This document shows positions 37,850 to 50,383 of a stretch of DNA of 64,000 bases, piece by piece. Position 1 is the stretch's first letter. Each line of letters starts with the position of its first letter. The notes under the pieces were generated by a model. The model was given only the letters and a program-made list of their open reading frames with translations. It searched no databases and had not been told where the DNA came from. The translations under genes and the position numbers were made by a program. This DNA comes from Podarcis liolepis. Its lineage: Eukaryota. The stretch is taken from NCBI GenBank assembly GCA_965112155.1, contig OZ218105.1. The stretch is one strand, 5' to 3'.

Positions 37850-38903
37850 CTTCAACAGATAAGTGGACAGGATGTGGACAGGCTGCTTGGACAAGTGAAA
37901 CCGACCACCTGTCTCCTTGATCCTTGCCCATCATGGCTGATAAAAGCGAGCCGGGAAGGGCTGGGTGATGGGCTCTGCGGGGTGGTGAATGCTTCCCTCT
38001 GTGAGGGAGCCTTCCCAGACCCGCTGAAAGAGGCGGTCATTAAACCGCTTCTTAAAAAAAAACATCTTTAGACCCGGCCAATTTGGATTGAGGTTGAATC
38101 CTGACAAGGCAGAAGTACTGTTTTTGGGGGACAGGGGGTGGGCGGGTGTGGGGGATTCCCTGGTCCTGAATGGGGTAACTGTGCCCCTGAAGGACCAGGT
38201 GCGCAGCCTGGGAGTCATTTTGGACTCACAGCTGTCCATGGAGGCGCAGGTTAACTCTGTGTCCAGGGCAGCTGTCTACCAGCTCCACCTGGTACGCAGG
38301 CTAAGACCCTACCTGCCCGTGAACTGTCTCGCCAGAGTGGTACATGCTTTAGTTATCTCACGCTTGGACTACTGCTATGCGCTCTACGTGGGACTACCTT
38401 TGAAGGTGACCCAGAAACTGCAATTAATCCAGAATGGGGCAGCTAGACTGGTGACTGGGAGTGGCCGCCGGGACCACATAACACTGAGAGATCTGCATTG
38501 GCTCCCAGTATGTTTCCAAGCACGATTCAAAGTGTTGGTGCTGACCTTTAAAGCCCTAAACGGCCTCGGTCCTGTATACCTGAAGGAGCGTCTCCACCCC
38601 CATCTTTCAGCCTGGACACTGAGATCCAGCGCCGAGGGCCTTCTGGCAGTTCCCTCATTGCGAGAAGTGAGGCTACAGGGAACCAGGCAGAGGGTCTTCT
38701 CGGTAGTGGCGCCCGCCCTGTGGAACGCCCTCCCATCAGATGTCAAAGAGATAAACAATTACCTGACATTCAGAAGACATCTTAAGGCAGCCCTGTTCAA
38801 GGAAGTTTTTAATATGCAACGCTGTACTGTTCTTGATTGGGAGCCGCCCAGAGTGGCTGGGGAAACTCAGCCAGATGGGCGGGGTATAAATAATAAATCA
38901 TCA

Positions 38904-38947
<44 letters not shown>
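37850..38947 (+). mobile_element. L2 LINE ORF2 remnant with internal deletion of the RT core and (TTA)n tail
   Basis: ORFs 37874-38071 (TTCLLDPCPSWL...KEAVIKPLLKK) and 38088-38972 (LNPDKAEVL...SRLDYC...LHWLPV...WNALP). Confidence 0.93.
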
Positions 38948-39409
38948 TAAATGGAATGAAATAAAATTTTAGCTGTAAGCTGTCTTAAGTCCCTGTCATG
39001 GAAGAAGTCGAGATATAACAATAACAACAACAACAGCAACGGAAACTGTGAGAATGATCAGGAACATACCAGAGAGTCAATCCTATTCAACACAGTGGGA
39101 CTTAGTTCTGAGAAAAAATGCTTAGGATTGGTTTGTAAGGATGAACAGTCTTTACCCAGTTACTTGAAAGTAAGCTCCGTTGAATATATTGGGATTTACA
39201 TCTGAGTAGACAGTATCAGGCTCCATTTACAATAAAGGAATAAACACTCAATGGGTTTCCTTAAAAAATGGCTGGCTGCTGAAGCAGTGCAATTAAAGAA
39301 TTTAAAATGGATTTCCTTCAAAATTATAGGAAGGGCTTCATATGCCTGCTTCACAATTTCCTTCATTTGTTGCAGGTATTTTATTTTCATTATAAACAGG
39401 ACTCTACGC

Positions 39410-39444
<35 letters not shown>

Positions 39445-41029
39445 ACTTTTAATTGTTCTCCAAGACGTGGAGAGAGAAAAAAGGGAAAACGGAACATTCT
39501 GGGATCAAATCAGAAACCAGGATGGCTTCTGTAATTCTGGGACTGTCCCTGGAAAATCAGGACATGGAGGGTATGTAATAGCTGGTTACCTGAGTTACAG
39601 TGCTTGTTGATTTATTTATTTTTCAGGGCTGGGGGAGAAATAATTTTCTGTAGGGAAACAAATAAAGCTTTCACTGGGTGAGAAAGTTTTGTGTTTCCCT
39701 GGTTATGCTAAATGCATCTTCTACTGTATCTTGATAGCAAGAAGGGAGCCAGACAACATCATTTTATCCACAGCTCAAGCACTCTAGGACTGGACTATTA
39801 ACTTCCTTTTCTGCTACCATGGCAACAAGTTTTGCAAGCGTGTTGGTTTGGAGAGAGTTTTTTCTTTCTTTCTAAAGCCTCTTGTTGCTTTTTTTCCCCT
39901 CATAGTTTTTTTTGCCAGTAACCTAATCTTTCTAAGCTTTAAGTGTCTTGACCTTGGATGCTAACCCACTTATTTGGAAGTAATTTCCACTGAAACAGTG
40001 GCCACAATCCAGCACATGCTTAGGTACACTTAAGCCAATTAATGCCAACAGCGTAAGCATACAAAACTCTGTGTAGGGTTTGTTTGTTTAGGATTGGATT
40101 GTTGAGCTGTCAATCAAATGATGTTCATGATCGTACACATACAGAGAGGATACAGTTTTCGATAGAAAAAAGCTAGTATTATTGAAACTCAGTTTAATGC
40201 ACCATTGTGAGATGTTTTCCAATACCCTGCTATATACTTTATACAGTAAAAGGAATAACATTAAGTAAAAGGAATAACATTATTTTAAAAGGAACCATTT
40301 TAAAGGTGTCTTCATACATTACAGCAATGCTGAACAGTACAAATCTCATCTTACAAATAAAAGTAATTGTTCTAGATAATACATTCAACTTGCTAAGGAG
40401 AATTTTCAAATGCCAAAATGACTATAAGCTAATCTTTATCTAGTTTCAGAAAATATTGCTATTAACATGCAAAAGAAATTAATAATACTAATTATTTGTC
40501 CTGGAGATTTGTGTTTACATTAGAGCCAGAAAATAGGCTAATACTGAAATGCGTATGTGTTACTTATTTTATTGAGGATGCTAATTACAAAGAAGGCTTA
40601 AAGAAATGTGGAAACACATCTAAATACTAATTAAAACCAAGGTTAGGCTGGGAACAGTGGTTTACCACTTGAAACAAGACTCTGTGAAAATCCTCATTAT
40701 GCTGAAAAAAAGGTTCCAGTTCACCAGTTTGACTGACTCACTGCTGTTGTGGAATTTTTTTATAAATATGCATATTCACTATTACTGTCCTTGGTAGCTT
40801 GCTTTCATAGGCAGGCAGCTTCTGTTTGAAACCTTTGTCATATTTAGCCTTTGGAAACACCTGATAACCTGCCCCATAACCTGCCCTTTAGAATGATATT
40901 TCCATATCTACCAAACCAGGGGTAGAGGAAAATGCACACATTACGAGCAAGCACATTTTCTGGTGAAGGTAACATACAAGAAGCAGCATTATCAAATAAA
41001 TCAAGTTTCTAGGGTAATATGCAATGCTG

Positions 41030-41740
41030 TATTCTTGTTGTGGGGTGAATAGGGTGATAGGGGAAGGGCAGTACCTATCTCCTCCTGGGGTAGTTTGTCT
41101 ACCCTGCACTCAGCTCTCACCTGTAACTCCACTGTCCAGCAAGGGACAGTGATCACACCCCAGGAATGGCCTTGACTGGCTGGCTAAACCAGGTGAAGGT
41201 AGTCGATGAGCCTCAAACCCTTGGTGAGTTGGGGACTTGCCCTGCATGTCAATACAGGCTCCAGTGGATTGAATGGACAGGACCAATAGTGGGTCCAACA
41301 GTCAAGAAGGTGGTTTCTGCACGTGCTTTAGAGGGAAGTGATGGGCAGGTGGGGCTCATCAAGCTAGGAAGGTAGCCTATCTAAGACAAGGAAAACTCTG
41401 ATCCTAAACCTCCGCTGCCTTGTGGAATACCTTTAGGAGAAGATTAGGCTAAGGAATAAACCCTACACAAATCCAGAGTGCAATTCCTAAGACATTTGGA
41501 TGGCACTTTGTACACCACATTCCGCAAGTCCTGGTGCCAGATGTATTGCTCTGCTTTCCTTTGGAGCACATCAGTGAGGCTGAGAGTGGGGTCTTGCCAT
41601 TAGGGCAGCCTAGAACCTCCACACACACTGCCCAGGCTTGCGCCCCAGGAAGGTCACTTTGGAGCTGCTAATGCAGCAGTTTGACTTCACCCCTGGAGGA
41701 GCACTCCATTGTCTCTTGAGACAGATGGATGCCAACAATC
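41030..41740 (+). mobile_element. RTE-related non-autonomous retroelement
   Basis: RTE-like 5' UTR pattern (ggccttgactggctggctaaaccagg...) and 3' end agacagatggatgccaacaa, shared with 23495-23690. The 5' boundary is approximate. Confidence 0.55.
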
Positions 41741-42496
41741 CTTGTTGTGAATATATTATTAAGGGTTAAAGAACCTTGAACTTGGCTTGCTAACATGTGG
41801 GCAGTCTGTGCAATCCTTTAAGCACCAGAGTTGTTATGTGTTGGTGGTTGTCTGTCCCCAACAATGGTTTAGCCACAACATCTTACATCAGATGGAGCGT
41901 CTAGATTTGCTCCTTCCAAATAGATAGGCACTCAGCCACCCTGAGCTCACTTTTAAAGAGAATGATTATGTTTGTTTTGCTAAATCAATTCAAATGTCTA
42001 CATAATTTTAAGAGTGTGTCACCGGACAGGCAGATTTCACATGAAACTAAATAAGATATCCTCCACTCAGCTTCATGGCTTGACAAGACCCGCAACACAT
42101 CCTACACATAGTTGCTAAATGCACCGAGTTCTTTACAGTTCTTCAGTATGTTGAAGACTTGGTTCACCAGCCTCACAGTATTCTTCACAGACTCTTTTAG
42201 GCAATCGAAACACAATAAAGCAGAGCATGAAACACAGACTAGAATGGTAAGATTCTTCTGTATGATCCAGATGAGGTTGAAAAGTATTTATTGGGGGGGG
42301 TGGATGTTGCTTGCTTAATTAATAAAACATTAAATTTTAACCACACCGAATTATGCAATTTTTAAGGGAAATATGAATATTTGATGGTATGGAAGTTGCA
42401 GGAACTTCATAAAAATGGAGTTTAAACATTGACAGTCTCTGTGGCAAAGCTATGTTGACTTTATTTTAGGTCAGTTTTCATATGAAAAATTGCTTA

Positions 42497-43050
42497 AGAA
42501 AACAGTAAGATGCCTGCTGGCACAGGACCACCTAAGCCCACAGCAGCCAACCAGATGCTTATGGGAAGCCCACCAGCTTCCTGCTATTGTTCCCTGGAAA
42601 CTGGTATTCAGAGTCAGACAGCCTCTGCTCCAGAAGGTATTATCTAGCCAGAATTACTAGTAGCTGTTGGAGGCTTCCCCATCCATGAATTTGTCCATCC
42701 TCTTTTAAAGCCATCTAAGTCTATGACCACTTTCACATTATGCATTGCATGAAGAACAACTTTCTTTGGTCTGTCCTGAACCTTCCCCACATTCGACTTC
42801 ATTGGATGACCCCATGCTATAGCATTATGAGAAGAGAGACAAGAAACATTCCTCTCTATCCACATTTTATTAACCTTTTATCACATATCTCCATACTCAC
42901 CCTTTTGTCTAAACAAACCCTAAAAAGTGTTGCGTAATCTATTCTTTTTAGGTCCAGACCTGTGGTCATTCTGGTCTCTTCCACACCTTTTCTATTGCTG
43001 TAATTTCTCTTTTGAGATACCGTTACCAGAACTATACACAAAAATTTGCC
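42497..43050 (-). mobile_element. Old CR1 fragment
   Basis: catgaatttgtccatcctcttttaaagccatct and related motifs; the minus strand reads as decayed ORF2 (...LDGFKRG..). Confidence 0.7.
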
Positions 43051-43742
43051 AAGTACTTAGTATTCCACTCTCAGCACTCCTTGGCTTATATCTCAACTAG
43101 CCTCTCCTGTCAGTCTGCCTGCCTGCCAGCTGATCAGTCAGGTTTTGATGCTTCTCAGACTTTCAGCCAACTAGCCCACTCCATTTCCCCCCCACCTCCT
43201 TTACTTTTCTAACTAACTCGACATTTCACGGCTGCTAAAATGCTCAGTGTTTATTGGGCAATTTCTGACTTTCCTCCCCTAAGCCTGCTGATACCTCTCC
43301 TGTGAGCAAATGTCACCATTTTGGCCACATAAGGATTGGCACTCACCCCTGCATGTTTCAGACAGAACAAACTAATGTGACCTGCACAAAAATGCTACAG
43401 TATTGTTCCTGTTAAGTGTTGCAGCCTGCCATGTGCTTTTCCAGTATACTCAGTTTCATTCCACCCGCAAAAGTCAGTCAGCATTCCATAGCATCTGAGC
43501 ATGCTCATCATTGTGGGGCTATATTAGGAGCTCCCCCCCCAATATTTTCCCTTTTGTACTTCTGCAAGTTTTGGAACATAAGAAGAGCCTGCTGGTTCTG
43601 CATTCAGCTCCCACAAGAAGCCTGAGCACCAATTAAAAAAAAAAAATCTGAACTGAGCTATAATCATACTAAATACTATGATCTCCTGGACAATTTAGGG
43701 TTTAATCCCAAAAGCACGAACTCTGCAACTGTTGCCCTACTA

Positions 43743-43968
43743 CAGTAGTACCTCGGGTTACAGACTCTTCAGGTTACAGACTCCACTAACCCAGAAATAG
43801 TACCTCTGGTTAAGAACTTTGCTTCAGGATGAGAACAGAAATCGCGTGGTGGCAGCGCAGTGGCAGTGGGAGGCCCAATTAGCTAAAGTGGTACCTCGGG
43901 TTAAGAACAGTTTCAGGTTAAGAAAGGAACTCCGGAACGAATTAAGTTCTTAACCCAAGGTACCACTG
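43743..43968. mobile_element. TcMar/Tigger-like MITE, same family as 20760 and 45320
   Basis: TA|CAGTAGTACCTCGGGTTA ... TAACCCAAGGTACCACTG. Confidence 0.88.
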
Positions 43969-44036
43969 TCTGCTCTTTCCATCCTGTTGCAAATTTTCCT
44001 TTCTCCCTTCGCAAAATTTCAAAATATTTTACTTAC

Positions 44037-44104
44037 AAATGTGACATTTTCAAACGATGGCCGTACTGTCTGTTCGAAGAGCAACTGAATCTCTGGAGCT
44101 AAAC
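44037..44104 (-). CDS. CNBD1: CNBD1 coding exon (68 nt, phase 1 to 0), GLAPEIQLLFEQTVRPSFENVTF
   Basis: Strong acceptor tttccttccccttcattacattgcag and consensus donor gtaagt. Phases match both neighbours, and the peptide resembles the post-CNB helix of CNBD1 orthologues as recalled. Confidence 0.85.
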
Positions 44105-44344
44105 CTGCAATGTAATGAAGGGGAAGGAAAGTCCCTGTTAGCTTTTGTAGGAAAGCTAAGGAAAGAAACAGAATAACGTGTAGCCCAAATATTATCATTC
44201 CTGAAGTAAATAGATTCCAGGGCAACAAAGACTATTGTTACATTTCCTTGGAATGGGGTTTCCCTTAGTTTTGTAAGCTGACAGGTACTTGCTTTGTGTA
44301 GCAAATGCTTTCTACTATTATATTACACTTGCAGCCGTAGAGAA

Positions 44345-44435
44345 CTACGATTTCATTCATTCCCCCCCCCAAAAAAAATTTATAGTCTGAGGGACAGTGG
44401 ACCGGCCCCCTGCTGAAAAAGTTTGCTGACCCCTG
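44345..44435 (+). mobile_element. hAT Charlie-group (OC1-like) right-end fragment
   Basis: ...ggccccctgctgaaaaagtttgctgacccctg; shares cattcattccccc with 56810-57010. Confidence 0.55.
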
Positions 44436-45319
44436 CTTTAAGAGAATGCTGCTTTCTTTTGATATGGCCATGTGCAGTGTCCTGTCAGCCATGACTTTGC
44501 ATACCACAGATAGCATTTCTATATCAAGGACAGGAAAAGCAGATAACAACAACTATTAAACTATTAAGTGTCCAAACCTAAGAAAATGAAGAGAGAATAA
44601 TTAGCATTTATATAAGCAATGAAGAAGAGAAGGAGGGAGGGGGGGATAAGCAGTAATTACAGCCAAAGGCCGGAAGAATAATGGGCAAAGGACACAGCTG
44701 CTACAGTTTAACAAGTCAGCAAAATAATAATATGGATGGGCTTTGGGGTCCAGATTGCTAATTACTTAAACTCCCATTTATGGAGCATGCTTAGCATCTG
44801 GCTGTCAGAAATATAAAGGAAGTTGTTGGGTACTGAATATGTCTGATAATCTGCTGGTTGGGAACGACTGAGTTACAGCTGGGATTTTTAGAAAACCAGG
44901 GCCAAAGTTTCAGAAATAGATGGCTTGGGGGAAAATCGGGGGGGGGGGCGGGGATATAGGAAAGAAGTACTATCTATTTATTGGATAAGCTAATGCCTCC
45001 AGTAAGGATGGGGGAGAAATTCCATTTGATTCACATTTTAATCTGAAGCTACCTAATTCGTATTCCTGAAGCATGAACTAAAATGCAGCTATCCTTCAAA
45101 ATGTGAACTTTTTCAAATTTTGCAATGCAACCCAAAAATGTGTGCAAAGGATGTGTACATTATGGGAAAGTGTGCCTATCAATGCCTTTATTATTGAAGC
45201 TGACACATAAAAGTGTACTCTATTCAGGAAAATTGTTTTCGGAGGAATGAACACTACAATGCTTCTGAATTCTCACAGCGGCTTTGAAAACAAGAAGTGC
45301 AAGCGTATGAAAGCAAGTA

Positions 45320-45534
45320 CAGTGGTACCTCGGGTTACATACGCTTCAGGTTACAGACTCCGCTAACCCAGAAATAGTACCTCGGGTTAAGGACTTTGCT
45401 TCAGGATGAGAACAGAAATCACACGGCGGCAATGGGAGGCCCCATTAGCTAAAGTGGTGCTTCAGGTTAAGAACAGTTTCAGGTTAAGTACGGACCTCCG
45501 GAACGAATTAAGTACTTAACCCGAGGTATCACTG
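45320..45534. mobile_element. TcMar/Tigger-like MITE
   Basis: TA|CAGTGGTACCTCGGGTTA ... TAACCCGAGGTATCACTG|TA. Confidence 0.9.
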
Positions 45535-46903
45535 TACCAGTTCAGAAATTACTTTTGGGTGATCAGATCCCACTTTACCCTTTAAATGCACAGTGCACAT
45601 TGTCCTGATCAAACAAGAAGGAATTCTAAGTAGACATGCATAGGATTGTATTGTTTAAAATTTATTTATTTATTTAAAAACAAATAAACTAGATTTTAGA
45701 ATAAGAACTGGAATTCATTTAGATATTGGAATGATTGGGTCACTAATGTTGTTGTGTTTTAAAAAAATAAACCTATATGCCAGGATAATAAGTAATAAGA
45801 ACCCACAGTTATGTCACCTTTAACACATACTTGTACATTCCATTACCACTGGCAGTTTTCCTGCTTTCCCGCTCTGTTTAATTTTTATATTCTAGCAGCA
45901 GCAGCAGTTCCATAACTGGTCGATTACTTGAATGATGGCTTGTGCCAGAGAAATGGGAGCAGTGTGTTGGTTGCAGGAGGTGGGACTCATATTGGATCAC
46001 CATGGATGTTCTGGCTGTACTTTCCAATACACTAATGCTAGCATTACCAGCTGCATCCTGTCAGAGATTTTTTTCTTTTCATCAGCCAAGCAATCTGCCG
46101 TGCTTTAAAAATACAATGTGTGTGAAATCAAAAGAGAAGAAAAATATAATCTCATGATGAGAACACTTCTTGGAAGAATCAGCGTTGATGTGCTGGTGAG
46201 TTTCTCTGCCTCCTCCTTTGAAACACATGGCAAATGAAGCAAGGCTTAAAATGGATAGATTCTTGACAGTGTGATCTCCAAATGTAAACCACAACCCCTC
46301 CACACACATAAAAGTAGAAAGAGAGAGAGTGTGTGTGTTCCTCTTCTTCCGGCTCTTTTCACTTTTCTCCTCTGATCAACATGATTCTGTCAATTTGGAA
46401 GTGGGTGGAGGAATGACTCATGCATTACAAATGGGCATTTCTCAAAACTACCAGCTAAAGCTGCCAGAGAGACTTATTTAAGAAGTAAAGCTACTTTCTT
46501 GCATCACATACATCAGGGATAGGGATACTATGGCACTCCTGGTATTGTTGGATCACTACTCTCACCATCTCCCATTTTGGCTGGGACTGGAATCAGAGTT
46601 AGTTATGGGGAAGGAATTCATTTCACTTTGCATTAAAATGCAAACTTACAGAATCTGCACTTTCGGAAACAGTACACAAACCAAAGCAGACATTCTTCAA
46701 AATTCACAATTCTCTGAATTTTGTAAAGCAGTTCTCCAGCCAAATAATGGGGACAGAAATGCATATATTAAGTGTGCCTATAAATGCATACATTAGTGAA
46801 AATAATCTACAAAATGCATTATATTAGGGAGGTGTTGCTTTGCATAAATATGCATAGTAGGAAAAAATGTGTAGTGAAATGCCAATGAATTTTCATAAGG
46901 ACT

Positions 46904-46906
<3 letters not shown>

Positions 46907-46945
<39 letters not shown>
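46907..46945. repeat. (CA)n microsatellite
   Basis: Seen directly; others at about 32000, 39411 and 49658. Confidence 0.9.
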
Positions 46946-46946
<1 letters not shown>

Positions 46947-48097
46947 ATAAACTGATGTGGAAAACAAAGCTTAAATGTATGGTATACAGTCTCTCTCTTG
47001 GCCTAAGCTGCTTCAAAGATTTAGATTGAAGTACGCTACTACAAATTCATTACAGGAAGAGTGAGATTTAGAGAATAAGTGGGGAGGAAGAGAAGGAGAA
47101 TTCTAATGGACCATAGTTGAAATGGCTTCTGTTGGCCAATAATGTTGAGACAAAAAGCACCCCTCTTCAATGACACGTGCCTAAGGCTAGATTAAAAGAC
47201 AGTGTTCTCCAGAGGACAAAAAATGTGGCTTGCCCTTATTCAATTTCTAATAAACAACAACAGAAGAATAAGAATAGTTTTCATCTATTGATAAATCTTA
47301 AAAAATGCAGCAGAATAAACCAATATTCACACTCACACTGAGTCCCAAGTAGATAAGACTTGCTGCCACCTCAGACCAGTAGCATTTCATATTACGCACA
47401 CAAGGGCAATGTAAGCTGAAAAGCCAATTTTGTACTGGGTCTAAAAAAGATATCTGCATATAAAGCATAATAAAATCAAGACCCATAATCATCCAAAGAT
47501 TCAGAGAAGTTAAGGGGATTAGGAAAATCAGACTGCTACCAAAATGGGGGGAAGACCCCTCTTGTTATCTGCATCTAGCACATTTATCTTCATTTCAAGC
47601 TTTGCTTTTTTAAAGTCTAAAAATACAGAGAACACATCTGCCAGTCCTTGAAAGGAAACAGAATTATGAGCAGTAAATAGAGTGAAGATCCAGGATATAA
47701 AAAGAACAAATAATGCAAAGTGGATTGCAGTTCACTAGAGCAAATGTACCTCCTGCAAAAATATCCCCATTTTCCTCTCCCACATCCTCTGTACTGCCAC
47801 CATTCGCACATTCATTCAATAGACATGCGAAGTTAAAATTCATTTACTTATCAACATCGCTTCATATTTTCTTGCGCTGCATGGCATTCACCATTTTGTG
47901 CCCTTTCGCCCATTTTGGAGAACTGTTCATAGTCCTTTTGGATTTCCAGTACTTTGAATAATCCACAAATAAGGCCACCTCACCACTCATAAAAACCCTG
48001 GTCTCAGGGGAGCCCACTTCTTTCTCCCCTCCACTGTGAAATCTGCCCATTTATTCCTACTCTCTATTCCCTGTTCCTTAAATAGGAATCAGTCCTG

Positions 48098-48304
48098 ATA
48101 ATAATAAATAAATAAATAAATAAATTATTTGTACCCCACCCATCTGGCTGGGTTTCCCCAGCCACTCTGGGCAGCTTCCACAAAGACCAAAAATACACTA
48201 AGATGTCACACGTTAAAAACTTCCCTGAACAGGGCTGCCTTAAGATGTCTTCTGAATGTCAGGTAGTTGTTTATCTCTTTGACATCTAATGGGAGGGCGT
48301 TCCA
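48098..48304 (-). mobile_element. Young L2 3' end
   Basis: Near-identical to 33700-33880 (cacacgttaaaaacttccctgaacagggctgccttaagatgtcttctgaatgtcagg). Confidence 0.88.
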
Positions 48305-49653
48305 TGAATTAACCTGATGTCCAGCTACAATCCTGCTGTTGAGGGTGTGCGTATACATTGCCCTTTCAAAATATTAAAGAAAGCACAAATCAACTGTTTC
48401 AGAGGAAAGATCTGACCTGGTCCCCTTCTGTTCCTTCTTTATTTATTTATTTTTATTATTATTATTAATAATAATAATTAAAATTTACATACTGCCTTTC
48501 ATCAAGAGACCACAGGGAAGTTTACAACATAGAACACATAATTTTAAAAGACGGTAACTCTCCCCACCCTACCAAAAATAGCTGCCTGGAGCAATTGCTG
48601 ATTTTCTGAAACACTCATGGCTGTTGCGTGCATGCACAGTTCTTTAAAATGAGTTTGTACTCCATCAAACATCAATGCAGTAACACAACACTGGTCCCAT
48701 CATCAGCACCCATAAAAAAACCTGCACCGCTATTTAACATTTACCTAGGTGCCATATATGTTCTTTTTAAAGCCTACAGATTAAAGAAAATGAATATGGA
48801 TTACTCTTGGTTTTTAAGAATCATTATTTATTATTCTCATAAGGAGAAAGTGAGCAATTCATTTTATGCAATGCATTACAGCCAGAAGAGGGATATAAGG
48901 TGTTTCAGTGTATATAAATATAAAGCACCACAATATTTATCCTGTTACTTTTATGGCTTTAAATCTGCTCTCTTTATCTCCTCCCCAAAGAGCAGTAGTA
49001 TGTGCAGAAATAAAATTATGAAACGTGAAGTTATCCTTAGCTTCAGCATCAGCATGATGTAAAGTTTCTTACTTATGACTTCCCAGGGACCTCTCGCAAG
49101 AATTAAGCAAATCAACCATATTGTAAATCAGTCATTCATTGGTCTGAAAATCGTGAAAGAAAAACTGGAAGAAGGACACTTTTATTCGCAAACTAGATTC
49201 AGTTCAGTCTTTTAAAATGATGTGACTTCGGTAAAGTTCAGGATAAGAAGCTTGTAGTTTTGACTTATATGCAAATGTATCCTACAGCAACACACACCCA
49301 TGACTAGCTGCAATTATTTACTATAGTAGATGATATAAGACATTTGCCATTATCCAGAGAAGTGCACAACCAACTGTGTGTCCTGTTCTAGCAGGGTACT
49401 AGGCAAGGAGATGTCTGAAGCAATCATCATCATCATCATCATCCTCCAGCTAATTGCATGTACCAGCTGGGGCAACAAGTGGCTAGGTACTGGTAATGAG
49501 AGCAGTTAGGACAAGTATGGGGAATCTTTTTTGAGTCTGGGGGCCATATTTCCTTCAAGCAACCATCTGGGGGCCACATGACAATAATGAGCAGGGCCAG
49601 AGGCAAAATGGGCAGAGCAACAAATGCAAATCTTACCTTTGTATAGCAGGCTG

Positions 49654-49691
<38 letters not shown>

Positions 49692-49711
49692 GAGTTCAGG
49701 CAACTCATTTA

Positions 49712-49961
49712 CAGTTGTACGTTGGTTTTTGAACAGCTTAGTTCTCAAACGTTTTGGCTTCTGAATGCCACAAACTCGGAAGTGACTGTTCCAGTTTGTG
49801 AACTATTTTTGGAAGCCGAACATCCAACGGTGCTTCCACGGCTTCCAATCGGCTGCAGGAGCTTCCTGCAGCCAATCAGAAGCCATGCTTTGGTTTTCGA
49901 ACATTTTGGAAGTCAAACAGACTTCCGGAATGGATACCGTTCGACTTCCAAGGTATGATTG
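49712..49961. mobile_element. TcMar/Tigger-like MITE (family 2)
   Basis: TA|CAGTTGTACGTTGG ... CCAAGGTATGATTG|TA; similar to 23208-23456. Confidence 0.8.
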
Positions 49962-50087
49962 TAGTTCAAGACACTGGATTCAGAGTCTTGGAAATGCACA
50001 AACACTGTAGACAATTCCTCTTCTCAGGGATGCCAACTTGAATAAAATACTAGGGGGCCCCATATAGTCAATCGCATGATGCGGCAC

Positions 50088-50383
50088 AGGTTGTGGACTC
50101 TCCTTCCTTGATGATTTTTAAGCAGAGGTTTGATGGCCATCTGTCATGGATGCTTTAGCTGAGATCCCTGCAATGCAGGGGGTTGGACTAGATCAGAGGT
50201 TCTCAACCTGTGGGTCCCCAGATGTTGTTGGACTACAGCTCCCATCATCCCTGACCACTAGTCATGCTAGCTAGGGATGATGGGAGTTGTAGTCCAGCAA
50301 CATATGGGGACCCACAGGTTGAGAACCACTGGACTAGATGAACCTTGGGATCCCTTCCAACTCTACAGTTCTATGATTCTATG
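50088..50383 (+). mobile_element. CR1 3' end interrupted by a hAT MITE
   Basis: gtggactctccttccttg...gggggttggactagat[MITE]gactagatgaacc...ccaactctacagttctatgattctatga. Confidence 0.88.
50194..50331. mobile_element. Palindromic hAT MITE with SPIN-like termini (138 bp)
   Basis: CAGAGGTTCTCAACCTGTGGGTCCCCA / TGGGGACCCACAGGTTGAGAACCACTG, 8-bp TSD GACTAGAT. Confidence 0.92.

Noticed and set aside
38088-38972. 294-aa ORF as a host gene
   Set aside because: It is the L2 ORF2 C-terminus reading through into a (TTA)n tail.
47337-47440. Possible 104-nt alternative CNBD1 exon (ttttttag|ACCCA...AGT|gtgagt, phase 1 to 0, open frame DPVQNWLFSL...)
   Set aside because: Phase-compatible, but beyond DPV the Cys/Trp-rich peptide shows no similarity to CNBD1. 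The 44037-44104 exon fits better in length and sequence. It would need RNA-seq support.
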